Below, piece by piece: positions 22,940-34,252 of a DNA stretch of 64,000 bases (position 1 is its first letter; every line of letters starts with the position of its first letter). The position numbers were made by a program, and so were the translations under genes. The notes below the pieces were generated by a model. The model was not told the DNA's origin. It ran no database searches and was given only the letters and a program-made list of their open reading frames with translations. Origin of the DNA: Callorhinchus milii (Eukaryota); contig NW_024704743.1 of NCBI RefSeq assembly GCF_018977255.1, forward strand, positions 93,312,001 through 93,376,000, in the 5' to 3' direction.

Positions 22940-23111
22940 GAAACAAAAGGCAAAATACTGTAGATGCTGGAAATCTGAAATAAAAATAGAAGTCGCTGGC
23001 AACACACAGCAGGTCAGGCAGCATCTATGAAGAGAGAGGAAAGTGAGTTAACGTTTCAGGTCGATGTCCTTTCATCAGTTCTGACGAAAGTTCATCGACC
23101 TGAAACGTTAA
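22940..23111. mobile_element. Penelope-type terminal repeat with an inverted end carrying hammerhead-like cores
   Basis: AGATGCTGGAAATCTGAAATAAAA...CAGCAGGTCAGGCAGCATCT, then perfect 19-bp inverted arms at 23048-23066 and 23093-23111; CTGAYGA...GAAAC on both strands. Confidence 0.75.
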
Positions 23112-23284
23112 ATGGAACTATTGCCATATTTTTACATTTACATGATAGGCTGCACTGATGCCGGGCTTTGGTAAGCTGTGCTATTTCCCAGTTATAAGCT
23201 GGTTCTAGGGAAGATGCCTGTTTCTTGTAGAATATTTGAGCACAAATATTCTTAAACACAACTGGAGAAAAGAAACAAGAAATG

Positions 23285-23530
23285 AATGATCAATTTTATC
23301 TGGGGACTTATTAGCTAGAACAACAGGAGAAACTCCTTTCTCTTAATAGTGTCAAGGGATCTTTAATGGCCACCTAAAGAAGTTTAACATCTCATCTGAA
23401 AAGTAGCACCTACGACAATGTAACACTTCCTCAGCACTGCATTTAGCCTAGGTTTATGAGCTCACCAAGTCCTGACATGGGACTTGAAACCATAACTCAG
23501 AGGCAAGAATCCTTCCAACTGAGCCAGCTG
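23285..23530 (-). mobile_element. SacSINE1-like DeuSINE 5' two-thirds
   Basis: GGGACTTGAAACC...CTCAGAGGCAAG...ACTGAGCCA is the reverse complement of the tRNA-like head. Confidence 0.8.
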
Positions 23531-24141
23531 ATATTACCAAAGTTTTGCTAATTTAGCTGATTTCATTTTGCTGTGAAACAATTTTCAGTATTGAAAATGG
23601 CATTATGAGCAGCTGAGTCTTTTATAATCTGGACAATGGTAACTTTTATTGCACTCGTGAGTATGTTTAGTCAACATTACTACATTTTATTATTTCATCT
23701 TGAGTGTGCCTTGTTATAATCAAAGAATCAATGATTGATTATACTACATACAAAGGAGATCTAAGTTATACAAAGCTTTGGGCAAAATATATTTTCTTTG
23801 TGCAAGCAAGACGATTTTTCGATGAACGATTGCCACACAGTGGATTTTTATGATTCAAATGTTACTGAGCTGCCAGTGTGCAGCAATCAGGGAGGAATAT
23901 TTGTGGCAAACGTCACATGTACTTGTTGCAAACAGATTGTACGTTAGGGAGAGACCTTGAAGGAGTTGACATTGATTGATTTAATGAAACATGATCAAAG
24001 GGTTTCACGGTTTACTAAGAGTGATTCTAAGGCATTTAAGAGAAAGCATTCCACCATAAATTATTTCATGCCTGTAGTGACCCATCTAACAGGTTGAATC
24101 TAAAGCATAGCAATTTCTAAAAGGATTCTTTAGTGGACTTT

Positions 24142-24495
24142 GTGGAGTTCCGTAGCATAGTGGTTAGAGTACTCGCCTTGCAAGGGAGAAGACCCAGGTC
24201 CGGTGAAACCTTATGCAAGTTTCCTTACTCAACGTGGCTCTGTTTACCTAGCAGTAAGTTAGAATCCGATTGATAGTCGATTGGCAGAACGCTTTTAACT
24301 TTGCATCTCAAAAAAATACATGTTTGGTTACTCAATCCACATCTATTTGTGGGACTCTGCTGTGCGCATTTGGCTGCCATGTTTAGTCCCCAAAATACAC
24401 ATCACTACACGATACAGTATATTTTTTGAAGCTCTTTGAGACGGTCTCAATGATGTGATAAGGAGCTATACCAAATGCAAGTATTATTATTACTA
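24142..24495 (+). mobile_element. tRNA-Ala SINE, long form
   Basis: Head GTGGAGTTCCGTAGCATAGTGG; CTCTGTTTACCTAGCAGTAAG segment; Deu core; tail. Confidence 0.85.
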
Positions 24496-24528
24496 TAATG
24501 TTTAAACAGGCTGCCCCAAAAGAGCTCT

Positions 24529-24568
24529 GCATTGGAGTGGCATTCCTGGCATTGGAGTGGCATTCCTG
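24529..24568. repeat. Perfect 20-bp tandem duplication
   Basis: GCATTGGAGTGGCATTCCTG x2. Confidence 0.95.
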
Positions 24569-25545
24569 CACAATGCATTTCCAATTGCTGAAATATATTA
24601 TTTAATCATATAATAAGCCTTAAATCATAAAGAGCAGAATGTGCTAAAATTGAGATAGTGAATAGTTGTGTCACAATTTCTAATCTCAGCAATAAATCAG
24701 CCTTGAGCAATGTTGAACTTTTCATTAATTTCACTAATTTCTTGCAATTATTTGCCATTTATCTATTTTTTTCTGGCCTGGCAAATTCAATCTTACAGGA
24801 TTAAGATGTACAAGCACTCAAAGATGTATAATTATCATTGCAATGGGTACATGTTAAAATAGGAAGAATAAATAAATCAATGTTTACTAATCCTTAGTGT
24901 ATTGTTCATTACATCTACTTTTATAAACCATCAATGAATGAGTGCAATGGTATTCACTGATACCACTGATCTATTAAAATGCTTATCTGAAATTTAGTCT
25001 TAAATCAACAGGGATATAACTTATAAGATACATCATGTTTAGGACAGAAAATGCAATCTGGGTGATGCTGTTTATTACAATGATCCAAAATTCTATTTAG
25101 TTCTGACAATTTATTTCTAATCTTCAATATCTACCCTATTGAACTTCCACAACTTTGCAGTTTTTTTTTCTTTGGGAGTGAGGAGAGGGGGCAAAATTTG
25201 TGGTAAGTAATCATAAGATACAGAAGTTGTAGTCTTTGCAGTTAATGATTGTGACTGAACACCTCTCTTGACTCCTGGAAAATGGTTTCTCTCTTCAACC
25301 AGTTTCAGGACTATACTTCCACCATCTCAAATTTTAAAGATATGAGAGGTTTGGTCTTTGAATACTGGTTGCGAGAGTGGCATTTAACATCTTTTTTTAG
25401 TTCTATAATTATTACACTTAAATAAAATAAAGTGAATAGACAAATAACAAATGTAAGAATTATTTATCATTAGGCCCCTATTTGGTGAAGAGGCATGAAA
25501 TCTGTGCTCTCCCAGGCAAGATATCGCTGATCCAGATCATTGAGA

Positions 25546-25630
25546 AGAGCTATGATCTGGATGATGAGGTGAGCTCTGATCTGGATGACGGAGTGAGCTC
25601 TGATCTGGATTGGTGGAGTGAGCTCTGATT
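25546..25630. repeat. About 24-bp minisatellite, about 3.5 units
   Basis: GAGCTCTGATCTGGATGA(T/C)GGAGT-like units. Confidence 0.9.
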
Positions 25631-25873
25631 CAAATCCCCGGCTAACGTGTCTGTCACACAATCAAACATTCACAGGAGTTGCAATTCTCATTTTTTGAAG
25701 ACATTTATTTTGCACAGATGCTACCATGTATAGCAAAACTGAAATCAATCAGACAAAAATGTTGGGATGAAAATGACTGTTTGCGATTTAATACTAATCG
25801 TTGTTGATAATTATCACATAGTGAGACATTCCATTGCCACAAAATTCTGAGCTGATGACTGTTGTGGGTTTAT

Positions 25874-25933
25874 ACAACAACAACAACAACAAGATTCCAT
25901 TTATAAAGCGCCTTTCACGTCAGGAGGACGTCC
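25874..25933 (-). mobile_element. Ultra-short L2 tail insertion
   Basis: (CAA)n GATTCCATTTATAAAGCGCCTTTCACGTCAGGAGGACGTCCC. Confidence 0.85.
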
Positions 25934-26644
25934 CGCTTATAACTCTCCACTCCCACGACCATCCATATTTGGTCCTGTTGTTTCTCCAAATAGTTGCTGC
26001 AGCCATTGAGTCAGCTGATGCCGCTTTTGATTGTGTTAGCACCATAAGCTAAACTGGCATTCAGGGAACACCAACTGAACCAAGTTTTGGGTGGAATTGT
26101 TTAAACAAAATCCAGAGAAAGTTAAGCAGTTGGGAGATCCTTAAAATCTAAATATTCCACAATATGTCTCATCACATATTGCATTTTTCACCCTGGTGAA
26201 TTTTTCTAAAATATTACAATGGTCCACCTACAGTAAAATCCAATACAAATTTACATTTATATAATGCCTTTCACATTGGAAAGACGTCCCAAGGCACTGG
26301 AAACTCTTCCAACAAGAGTTATTTGCATTTATTACAGATATTGATTAAACTGGTTCAAAATAGCTCATAACAAGAAGGAACGCTTCAAAAATGAAGCCAA
26401 AAAATCTCTCTTGAAGGACTGTGGTTTTCAGGCTCTCATTATAACCTCCAGCCAGTCACAGTCCTCCAGTATGCCTGCAATCTACAGGTTGAATAGAAAG
26501 CCTTAACTCATTCAACAGGGAAAACTCTGCAATAAGAAAACTAGTCAGTGTATTTTCTAAAATACTCTTCTAACATAATCTCATTGTGGAGTAAATCAAG
26601 CTACTTCTCTTCAAGAAGCAAGTATCTCTCTGTGATCTGGTCAA

Positions 26645-26812
26645 CAATACCCCAAATAAAATTGGCCATTCACTTCATGGTTGTTTGTGGGACACTGTGT
26701 AAATAAATTGGCTGCCACATTCACCCATAAAGTACACAGCCACTCCACTTTACGGTATCATGTGAAGCACTTTAAGACATTCTCCTGACAATCCTAATTT
26801 TTATTATTATTA
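26645..26812 (+). mobile_element. DeuSINE 3' half
   Basis: TTGTTTGTGGGACACTG...AATTGGCTGCCAC...tail. Confidence 0.8.
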
Positions 26813-27769
26813 TGAAGAAAATATGATGCCAATACATTTAAAACTATTTAATTATAAGAATATTGATAGTTCTTAATCAGGTGCTAAAAGGCATAATCAG
26901 TGCACAGCACAAAATATTAATCAATCAGCTTTTGGGCAGAGGTAATAAATGTTGTATAATACGTTATATGTTTTTAGGGTCATAATTGCTTTGCAGCATA
27001 AGGAGAGCTACAGCAGGAGGGAACTACATATTAGTTGTTTGTGCCTATATAGAGGATTGAAAGAAATACCCAAATATTTCCTTTTGCATTTGATCTACAT
27101 TCAGAGATGGAAATTGAGCCCATAAGATTTTCATAGAGACAGTCTCTATGACTCAGAGACTGTAGTTTGTGCAGGTATATGAATCTTTCTGCAGCTTCAG
27201 TGTATACTACAAATGCAAATCAAACATGACAGAGTTTCTTGATTTGACCTTTTTGTAGGGTTGTCAGTTTTCAAGCAAAACCAGTTTATATTCATATATT
27301 TATAACAAACAATCCTACATCACTGCTTATGAAATTTGATCCTTAACACTTGTTTTTGTTTTCATGAATATTTATTGAATAACTAAGAGCAGAAGGAACC
27401 TTTGGCATGTTAATGTAGAAACTGGCAAATAGTGCACACTTTTAAACAGCACTAATATGCAAAGGTTACGATACAAAACACTCTGAAGTAAATATCAAAC
27501 AAAAACTTTCAATACAAATCTGAAAGCAAGGTATTGTGATCACAGTTTTAACAAGCAGGTCTAAATTAACTTGTAGTTTCAAGGCTCGCCTTCCTGGTTA
27601 AACAAAACAATTTCAGACAGTCTATTATTTATGATTGTTTATTTCTCAACGCATTGTGTTCTTTAATTATTGCCTGCAAAAAATGAGGAACAAGTCTTTA
27701 CGACTTGTCATTAATGACAGGTTTGGGATTGAGAACGCCCTGGACTTTATGATAATGGATTCTCTATCC

Positions 27770-29430
27770 CAGAAGGCTTCTGGGGTGAGGTATTGGTAGA
27801 GACGGGCGATGCGTCGGAGGTGGAAGAAAGCGGTGCTGGTGAGGGACTGGATGTGGGGAAGGAAGGACAATTGGGGGTCGAACCTGATGCCAAGGTTGCG
27901 TACGGGTTCGGAGAGTTTTAGGTGGAAGTCAGGTAGGTGGAGGAGGTGAGGACCATGAGATTTTAAACATTGACAAGAGCCGAAGAGTATGGCTTCCGTC
28001 TTGTCAACGTTCAGCTGAAGGAAGTTTGCGCTCATCCAGCCCCTGTGATCTGACAGGCAGGCTGACAGAACATCAGGGGACTGGGGGTAGCAAAGAGAGG
28101 TGGAAAAGTAGAGTTGGGTGTCATCTGCATACATGTGGATGTGTACCCCATGTCTGCGGATGACATCCCTAAGAGGGAGCATGTAGATCAGAAAGAGGAG
28201 GGGGCCAAGGATGGATCCTTGGGGTACCACGCAGGTGACCGGGTGAGGGTGGGACGAGAAGCCGTTTATGCAGATGTACTGCTGACGGTCTGTGAGGTAG
28301 GATTCGAGCCAGACGAGTGCGGTCCCCCTGAGGTGGATGACAGAGGAAAGGCGGTGGAGAAGGATGGCGTGATCGACTGTGTCGAACGCAGCAGAGAGAT
28401 CCAGGAGGACAAGGAGGCAGAGGGAGCCCTGGTCACAGATAGAGAGGGTGTCGTTTGTGACTTTCACAAGAGCAGTCTCTGTACTGTAAGCAGGGAGGAA
28501 ACCGGACTGGAGGGGATCGAAGAGGGAGTGGGAGGAGAGGTGTGCGCGAAGTTGGTTTGCAACAACGCGTTCTAGAACTTTTGAGAGGAAGGGCAGGTTA
28601 GAAATAGGGCGGTAATGGCTGGGGTTTGAGGGATCTAGAGAAGGTTTTTTCAGCAGGGGGGTGATGACAGCAGTTTTGAGGGAGGCAGGGACTGATCCGA
28701 AGGAGAGGGACTGGTTGATAATGTCAGCCAGTAGTGGGCAGAGGAGGGGGAGCTGTGTGACTAGTAAGTTGGTGGGGAGGGGGCCGAGGCAGCAGATGGT
28801 GGGCTTCATGGTGGGTGAAAAGGGGCAGGTGGCTGAGGCTGCCTGGCGGATGTTCAGTATTTTAGTTGAAAAGAAGTCCATGACCTCCTCGCAGTTGGTA
28901 TTTGATACGAAGATTGAGGAGGCCTGAGGGGGGGCACGGAGGAGGTAGTGGGTGGTGGTGAAAAGGATTTTGGCGTTGTATTTAGCCTCCAAGATGATCT
29001 TGGGGTAGAAGGCCATTTTTGCGTGTGACGCATTTGGGTTTTTTGGCGGCGGAAATGGTTGTTGTATCAGGGGGATCGGGTGGGTTTGGAGATGGTGCTG
29101 CATTTCAGGCGGACGAGGGAGTTGAAAGTGGAGGAGAGGCGATCATGGAGCAGCTGGATGGCTGCTTCTGGATCTCCGCGGGTGGAAGGCCAGATGGATA
29201 GAATGTTTGAAGATGAGGGGGCCTTTGTGAAAGTCTCAGGGGGTAGCCTTTTCCAAGGGTGATAGAGGATGGTTGAGGGCTTGGTGGAGGAGAGAGGGAT
29301 GTGAGAGGAAAAGGAGATGAAAACGTGGTCCGAGATGGCCTTGTCCACTATGCTGAGGTCGGAAATGTCAAGGCCGTGGGTGATGATGAGGTCAAGTGCA
29401 TGACCACGGTTGTGGGTAGGTGAGTTTATA
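27770..29430 (-). mobile_element. L2-A LINE ORF2: endonuclease C-terminus plus reverse transcriptase (ORF 27667-29103, 478 aa), truncated at both ends
   Basis: PTHNRGHALDL...SDH (EN); YRPISNLPFLSKVLE, QSGF, LLDLSAAFDTVDH, PQGSILGPLLF, YADD (RT). Confidence 0.95.
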
Positions 29431-29432
29431 TG

Positions 29433-29527
29433 GAGCCATGATCTTATTAAATGGTAGGGCAGGCTCGAGGGGCCGAATGGCATACTCCTGCTCCTATTTC
29501 CTATTTCTTGTGTTCTTATTCTTATTC
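29433..29527 (+). mobile_element. CR1 3' tail
   Basis: GGCTCGAGGGGCCGAATGGCATACTCCTGCTCCTATTT; homologous to 9500-9570. Confidence 0.85.
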
Positions 29528-30144
29528 GGCCCATTGTGTTTGTGCTGGCTCTTTTTAAAGAGCAATCACATTGTCTGCAGTTTTTTTATATAGTTATCTT
29601 TGAATGTGTTATTCATTTTAGGTTCTATCTGCTTGTGATTCAAGTGTATGGAAAAAAGGCCACCCTACCATTAATAGTCCTAATCCTTATATTTGGTCTA
29701 GCATATTTGGTATATTTGAGAAGTCCTCCTTTCATGTCAGCAGGACATCTCAAGAGTTTCACAGAACACACTATAAAATGTAATGACTGTGTATTTTGCA
29801 GGCAAACTTGTATTTTGTAATCATTGTTATAAGAAATGTACATTCTTTCTCCATGTATCTTCAATTTACTCCTAAACACAAATGAATCATATACTCATCT
29901 CATCGCTCTTTATGGGATATTGCTGATTCAGATTAGCTACTCCATTTGCCTATATGAAAACAGTACTTTTATTGATAATATTTTTAACACACTTTGAGAC
30001 ATTTAGCTTTCAGCGCTTTGAAACGTCCTACCAATGTGAAAGGCGTTATACAAATGTAATTGTTGAAAAGGACTACATAAATGCAATTTATTATGTTTGG
30101 TTAAAAGTATACATTTTGTATTAAAAATCAGTAGGTTTCAGAAC

Positions 30145-30305
30145 TCAAGATCCTCCTCTTTGATCATGCCATCAGCCACCCCCCTTCACCTCCCCTCTCC
30201 CACCGTGACCCCTGCTCGGGTCTGAAATGCTATACACTGTCCAGCACCTTGGGACATCCTCCCGACGTGAAAGGTGCTATACAAATGTAATCTTGTTGTT
30301 GTTGT
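30145..30305 (+). mobile_element. L2-B 3' UTR with hairpin and (TTG)n
   Basis: CAGCACCTTGGGACATCCTCCCGACGTGAAAGGTGCT. Confidence 0.9.
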
Positions 30306-30544
30306 TTTGTTGGTTCACCACAGTGATGAATATTCAATCTATTATTGTGGCAAGTTTGGAGCAGTTACGAAGAGAAGCCAGTAAAGGAGGGAAGTATAAT
30401 TTGTGCTGCATGTACAAGTGTTTGAAATTAATCCAGTTTCCTTCTTGAGAATAACATTACTCTTTCTGCACTGAACAAAGCTGAAATTGTGCCTGGTGAT
30501 AGCTGTCAGGACTGGACTTGAATGATGCAATCCTCCCCTCACCC

Positions 30545-30840
30545 TATTGTAGCATTGTTCATTATACTAGGATTCAGGGATGAGGTTCTGACCAAATTAG
30601 AAATAATCTTTGACAGCAATATCCCAAGGGATCCAAAATTAGCATTGTTAGATATTTTTGAAACTTTTTTTAAAATGAATTATGAATGCTATTCTTGACA
30701 CTTCTACCCAAAAGGTTAATCTTCCAGTATTAAAAACCTACATCCCATCAGAATTAGTGAAGAGATTAATTTTCCTAGAACATGCTTGGATTTAAGTTTA
30801 AAGACATTTCTAAGTATTAAATGTTTAAATAATGCTGGTC
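30545..30840 (+). pseudogene. Decayed L1-clade ORF2 C-terminal fragment
   Basis: FRDEVLTKLEIIFDSNIPRDPKLALLDIF...PKRLIFQY resembles fish L1 FWxxV...IPxDPxLxLLG...AKRLILxxWK. Confidence 0.55.
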
Positions 30841-30944
30841 TCAGTTGTGGCATCGTTAAAGCAGAAGCTTGATAAGGGGATGCTGAAGCACACTATCTTT
30901 CTTTTCTTCAGAGGGATCCACAAGATCTCTTTTTTTTAAGTGTC

Positions 30945-31345
30945 CAATTCATTTTTAATTTGCTCCTCATTGGCATATGCCACTCCTGGTCTCCAACCTC
31001 TTCCTCCAGGAGTACAGTTCCATGGGCAGTAGCTGGTTGACGTCTGCTACTCCACCCAAATGGACTTTGTTTATGTGTAGCTTGATAACGAGTGTGTAGC
31101 CTGATGGCACACCATTTGAATATAGTGGACATCACAGCAGACCCACACACATGAAGTACCAACAAAAGGACTAAGATCAGTAAGCCTGGCTGATTTTAAC
31201 CTCTCCAACCCTGGGAAAACTGGGACCAATTTAGCCTCCTTATGGAGCCACAACTGAGACCAACAAACTCAGTATGGAGCAAGATTTGAACCAGCAAAAA
31301 CTCATTCCATAAGCCAAAATTGTATTCATTGCACCATCATGTGGA
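30945..31345 (-). mobile_element. Near full-length MER131-like repeat
   Basis: CCTGGCTGATTTT...CCAATTTAGC...CTGAGACCAACAAACTCAG are reverse-complement motifs of the plus-strand copies. Confidence 0.65.
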
Positions 31346-31369
31346 ATACTGTGTTCAATTTTAGGCATT

Positions 31370-31790
31370 CGATTATAAGAAGGAAATATTAGCCCTTGGA
31401 CGGTCTACATCAGCAATTGCTAGATTTAGACCTGGGATCAACGGATCTAGCTATGATGAGAGGATGGGTAGATTGGGATTAACCTAGACATGTTTTTACT
31501 TGAGCAGAGGAGTCATCTAATTGAGGCATTAAAAGTAATAATCTTTGCAATGCCTTTGGTATTGGGAGGTCATCTCAAAGCATTTCACAGGATTTACTGT
31601 AAAATATAATGACCGTGTATTGATCTGTTCAATATGATGAAGGGGATTTATAAGACAGATAGTGGGGAAACTCTGCTCTCTGGTAAAAGATCCAAAACAA
31701 TCGGGACATAATATTAGAATTAGAACTATATAACCAGCCATATTTGAATTACCCATTATTCAGGTAATATTCAGAATTTTTTCTGCTTTC
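31370..31790 (+). mobile_element. Old CR1 3' fragment with antisense SINE tail (about 31535-31620)
   Basis: SYDERMGRLG and LIEALK motifs; insert matches the SINE tail. Confidence 0.7.
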
Positions 31791-32079
31791 AGCAGAAATC
31801 ATAAATGATATTGGGTCACACTTGATTCTTGCTACAATTTAAATAGATGGTATAATTGGCAGAATAAACTAAAATGATCAAATGCTTCAAATGGCACAAG
31901 CCCAGGTACCGATCTGAAACTGTAATCAAAGCAATACAGTGTGATCCATCTACTAAATTAAAGTTTCTGTTAGAGCTGATTTGCACAACCAAACTTTGAC
32001 TCCATTAGTTAGCATACAGGGTTGTATGGAAAGGTTAAGCCAAGAAGCCAGAGCATTGGGAAAGCTGGGTTGTTCCTTC

Positions 32080-32185
32080 AATTCTCCTCTGAAGTTGCTG
32101 AGGTATGGTTTGGGGTACATCAGCTAGTATCTCCACAGAGTGACTATCCCCATTCTACCACGAGAGCCCAGACAGTAGGGTCGCC
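32080..32185 (-). mobile_element. MER131-like 3' fragment
   Basis: CTCCTCTGAAGTTGCTGA...GGGGTAC...GAGCCCAGACAGT parallels 30985-31090. Confidence 0.45.
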
Positions 32186-32329
32186 TGTGTACTCTTTGTA
32201 AAGAGGGAAGGTTTAAATAAGCAGCCAATAAGCGCACAACAATGCCCCACAAACAGACAAGAAGTGAATAAGTGACCAAATTTATTTGGGGGACTGTTGC
32301 CCAGGACCGGAGATGGTGAACTACACAGC

Positions 32330-34252
32330 AACAGGAATAACAACAACAAAAACTTGGATTTATATAGCGCTCTCCATGCCGGACGGTGTCTCAGAGCGTT
32401 TTACAGTTTCGGATCCCGGGACCGAGCCAGGGGGAGGGGGAGGGAGGGGAAGGTGACCAAAGGTGCAGTCGAAAAGAAAGGTCTTCAGCAGAGACCTGAC
32501 AATGGGAAGGGAGGGAGCGAGACGAAGGGAGTGAGGAAGGCAGTTCCAGAGCCTTGGGGCATAGTGGCTGAAGGCACGGTGGAGTGGAGGACTCGGGGGA
32601 CAAGGAGAAGGCCAGACCTGGAGGAACGAAGCAAAGGGTGCTGTTTTGAGGAGAGAGGTCAGAGAGGTAGGGGGGTGCAGAGGAGTGCAGGGACTTGAAT
32701 ACGAGAATGAGGATCTTGAAATCGATCCTCTCTGGGATAGGCAGCCAGTGCAGTCTGGCAAGGACTGGGGTGATTGGGGAGCGGAGTTTTGTGCGGGTGA
32801 GAATGCGGGCGGCAGAGTTCGGAATGAGTTGGATTTTATGGATGGTACTGGATGGGAGACCGGCGAGGAGGGCGTTGGATAGTCCAGCCGAGAGGTGACA
32901 AATGCATGGACCAGAGTTTCAGCGGCTTTTGGGGAGAGGTATTGGCGGAGACTGGAGATGAGACGGAGGTGGAAAAAGGCGATCCTTGTAAGGGACCGGA
33001 TGTGGGGGAGGAAGGATAATTGGGGGTCGAACCTGATGCCTAGGTTGCGTACGGGTTCGGAGAGTTTTAGGGGGAGGTCCGGTAGGTGGAGGAGGTGAGA
33101 ACCATGAGATTTTAAACGTTGACGAGAGCCGAAGAGTATGGCTTCCGTCTTGTCAATGTTCAGCTGATGAAAGTTTGCATTCATTCAGCCCCTGAGATCT
33201 GACAGGCAGGCTGACAGAACATCAGGGGATTGGGGGTTGCAAAGAGAGGTGGAAAAATAGAGTTGGGTGTCATCTGCATACATGTGGAAGTGTACCCCAT
33301 GTCTGCGGATGACATCCCTAAGAGGGAGCATGTAGATCAGAAAGAGAAGGGGGCCAAGGATGGATCCTTGGGGTACCCCACAGGTGACCAGGTGAGCGTG
33401 GGAGGAGAAGCCCTTTATGCAGATGTACTGCTGGCGGTTTGTGAGATAGGACTCGAACCAGGTAAGTGCAGTCCCACTGAGGTGGATGATGGTGGAAAAG
33501 CGGTGGAGAAGGATGGGGTGATCGACTGTGTCGAATGCGGCAGAGAGGTCCAGGAGGACAAGGAGGCAGAGGGAGCCCTAGTCACAGATGGAGAGGATGT
33601 CGTTTGTGAATTTCACAAGCGCAGTCTCTGTAATGTGGGCAGGGTGGAAACCGGCCTGGAGGGGTTCGAAGAGGGAGTGGGAGGAGAGGTGTGCATGGAG
33701 TTGGTTGGCCACAACCCGTTCTAGAGCTTTTGCGAGGAAGGGCAGGTTAGAAATAGAGCGGTAATGGCCGGGGTTTGATCTAGGGAGGGTTTTTTCAGGA
33801 GTGTGGTGATGACAGCAGTTTTGAGAGAGGCAGGGACTGATCCAGAGGAGAGGGTCTGGTTGATGACGTCAGCCAGTAGTGGGCAGAGGAGGGCGAGCTG
33901 TGTGACCAGTAAGTTGGTGGGGAGGGTGTCGAGGCAGCAGGTGGTGGGTTTCATGGAGGTGATGGTGGGTGAGAGGGAGGAGGGAGAGATGGGGAGGAAA
34001 GAGTGTAGAAAGAGGGTGGTGGTATGACCAGATGATGAGGAAGGTGAGGGGGACAGAGAGGGCGTGGTAGTGGGTGACAAGGAGCAGGTGGCTGAGGCTG
34101 CCTGGCGGATGTTGAGTATTTTAGTTGAAAAGAAGTCCGTGGCCTCCTTGCACTTGGCATTTGATGTGAAGATTGAGGAGGCCTGAGGGGGGCCACGGAG
34201 GAGGTAGTGGGTGTTGGAATAAAGGATTTTGGGATTGTTTTTGTCCTCCAAC
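32330..34252 (-). mobile_element. L2-A LINE, 5'-truncated about 1.9 kb with intact 3' tail
   Basis: RT motifs split over ORFs 33721-34254 and 32360-33184, YADD region near 33270-33285, hairpin 32366-32400, (TTG)n. Confidence 0.95.

Noticed and set aside
23589..23656. Coding exon between TTTTCAG and GTGAGT
   Set aside because: Stop codons in all three frames.
25546..25630. CRISPR-like array
   Set aside because: Units are contiguous and diverging, with no unique spacers and no cas genes, in eukaryotic DNA.
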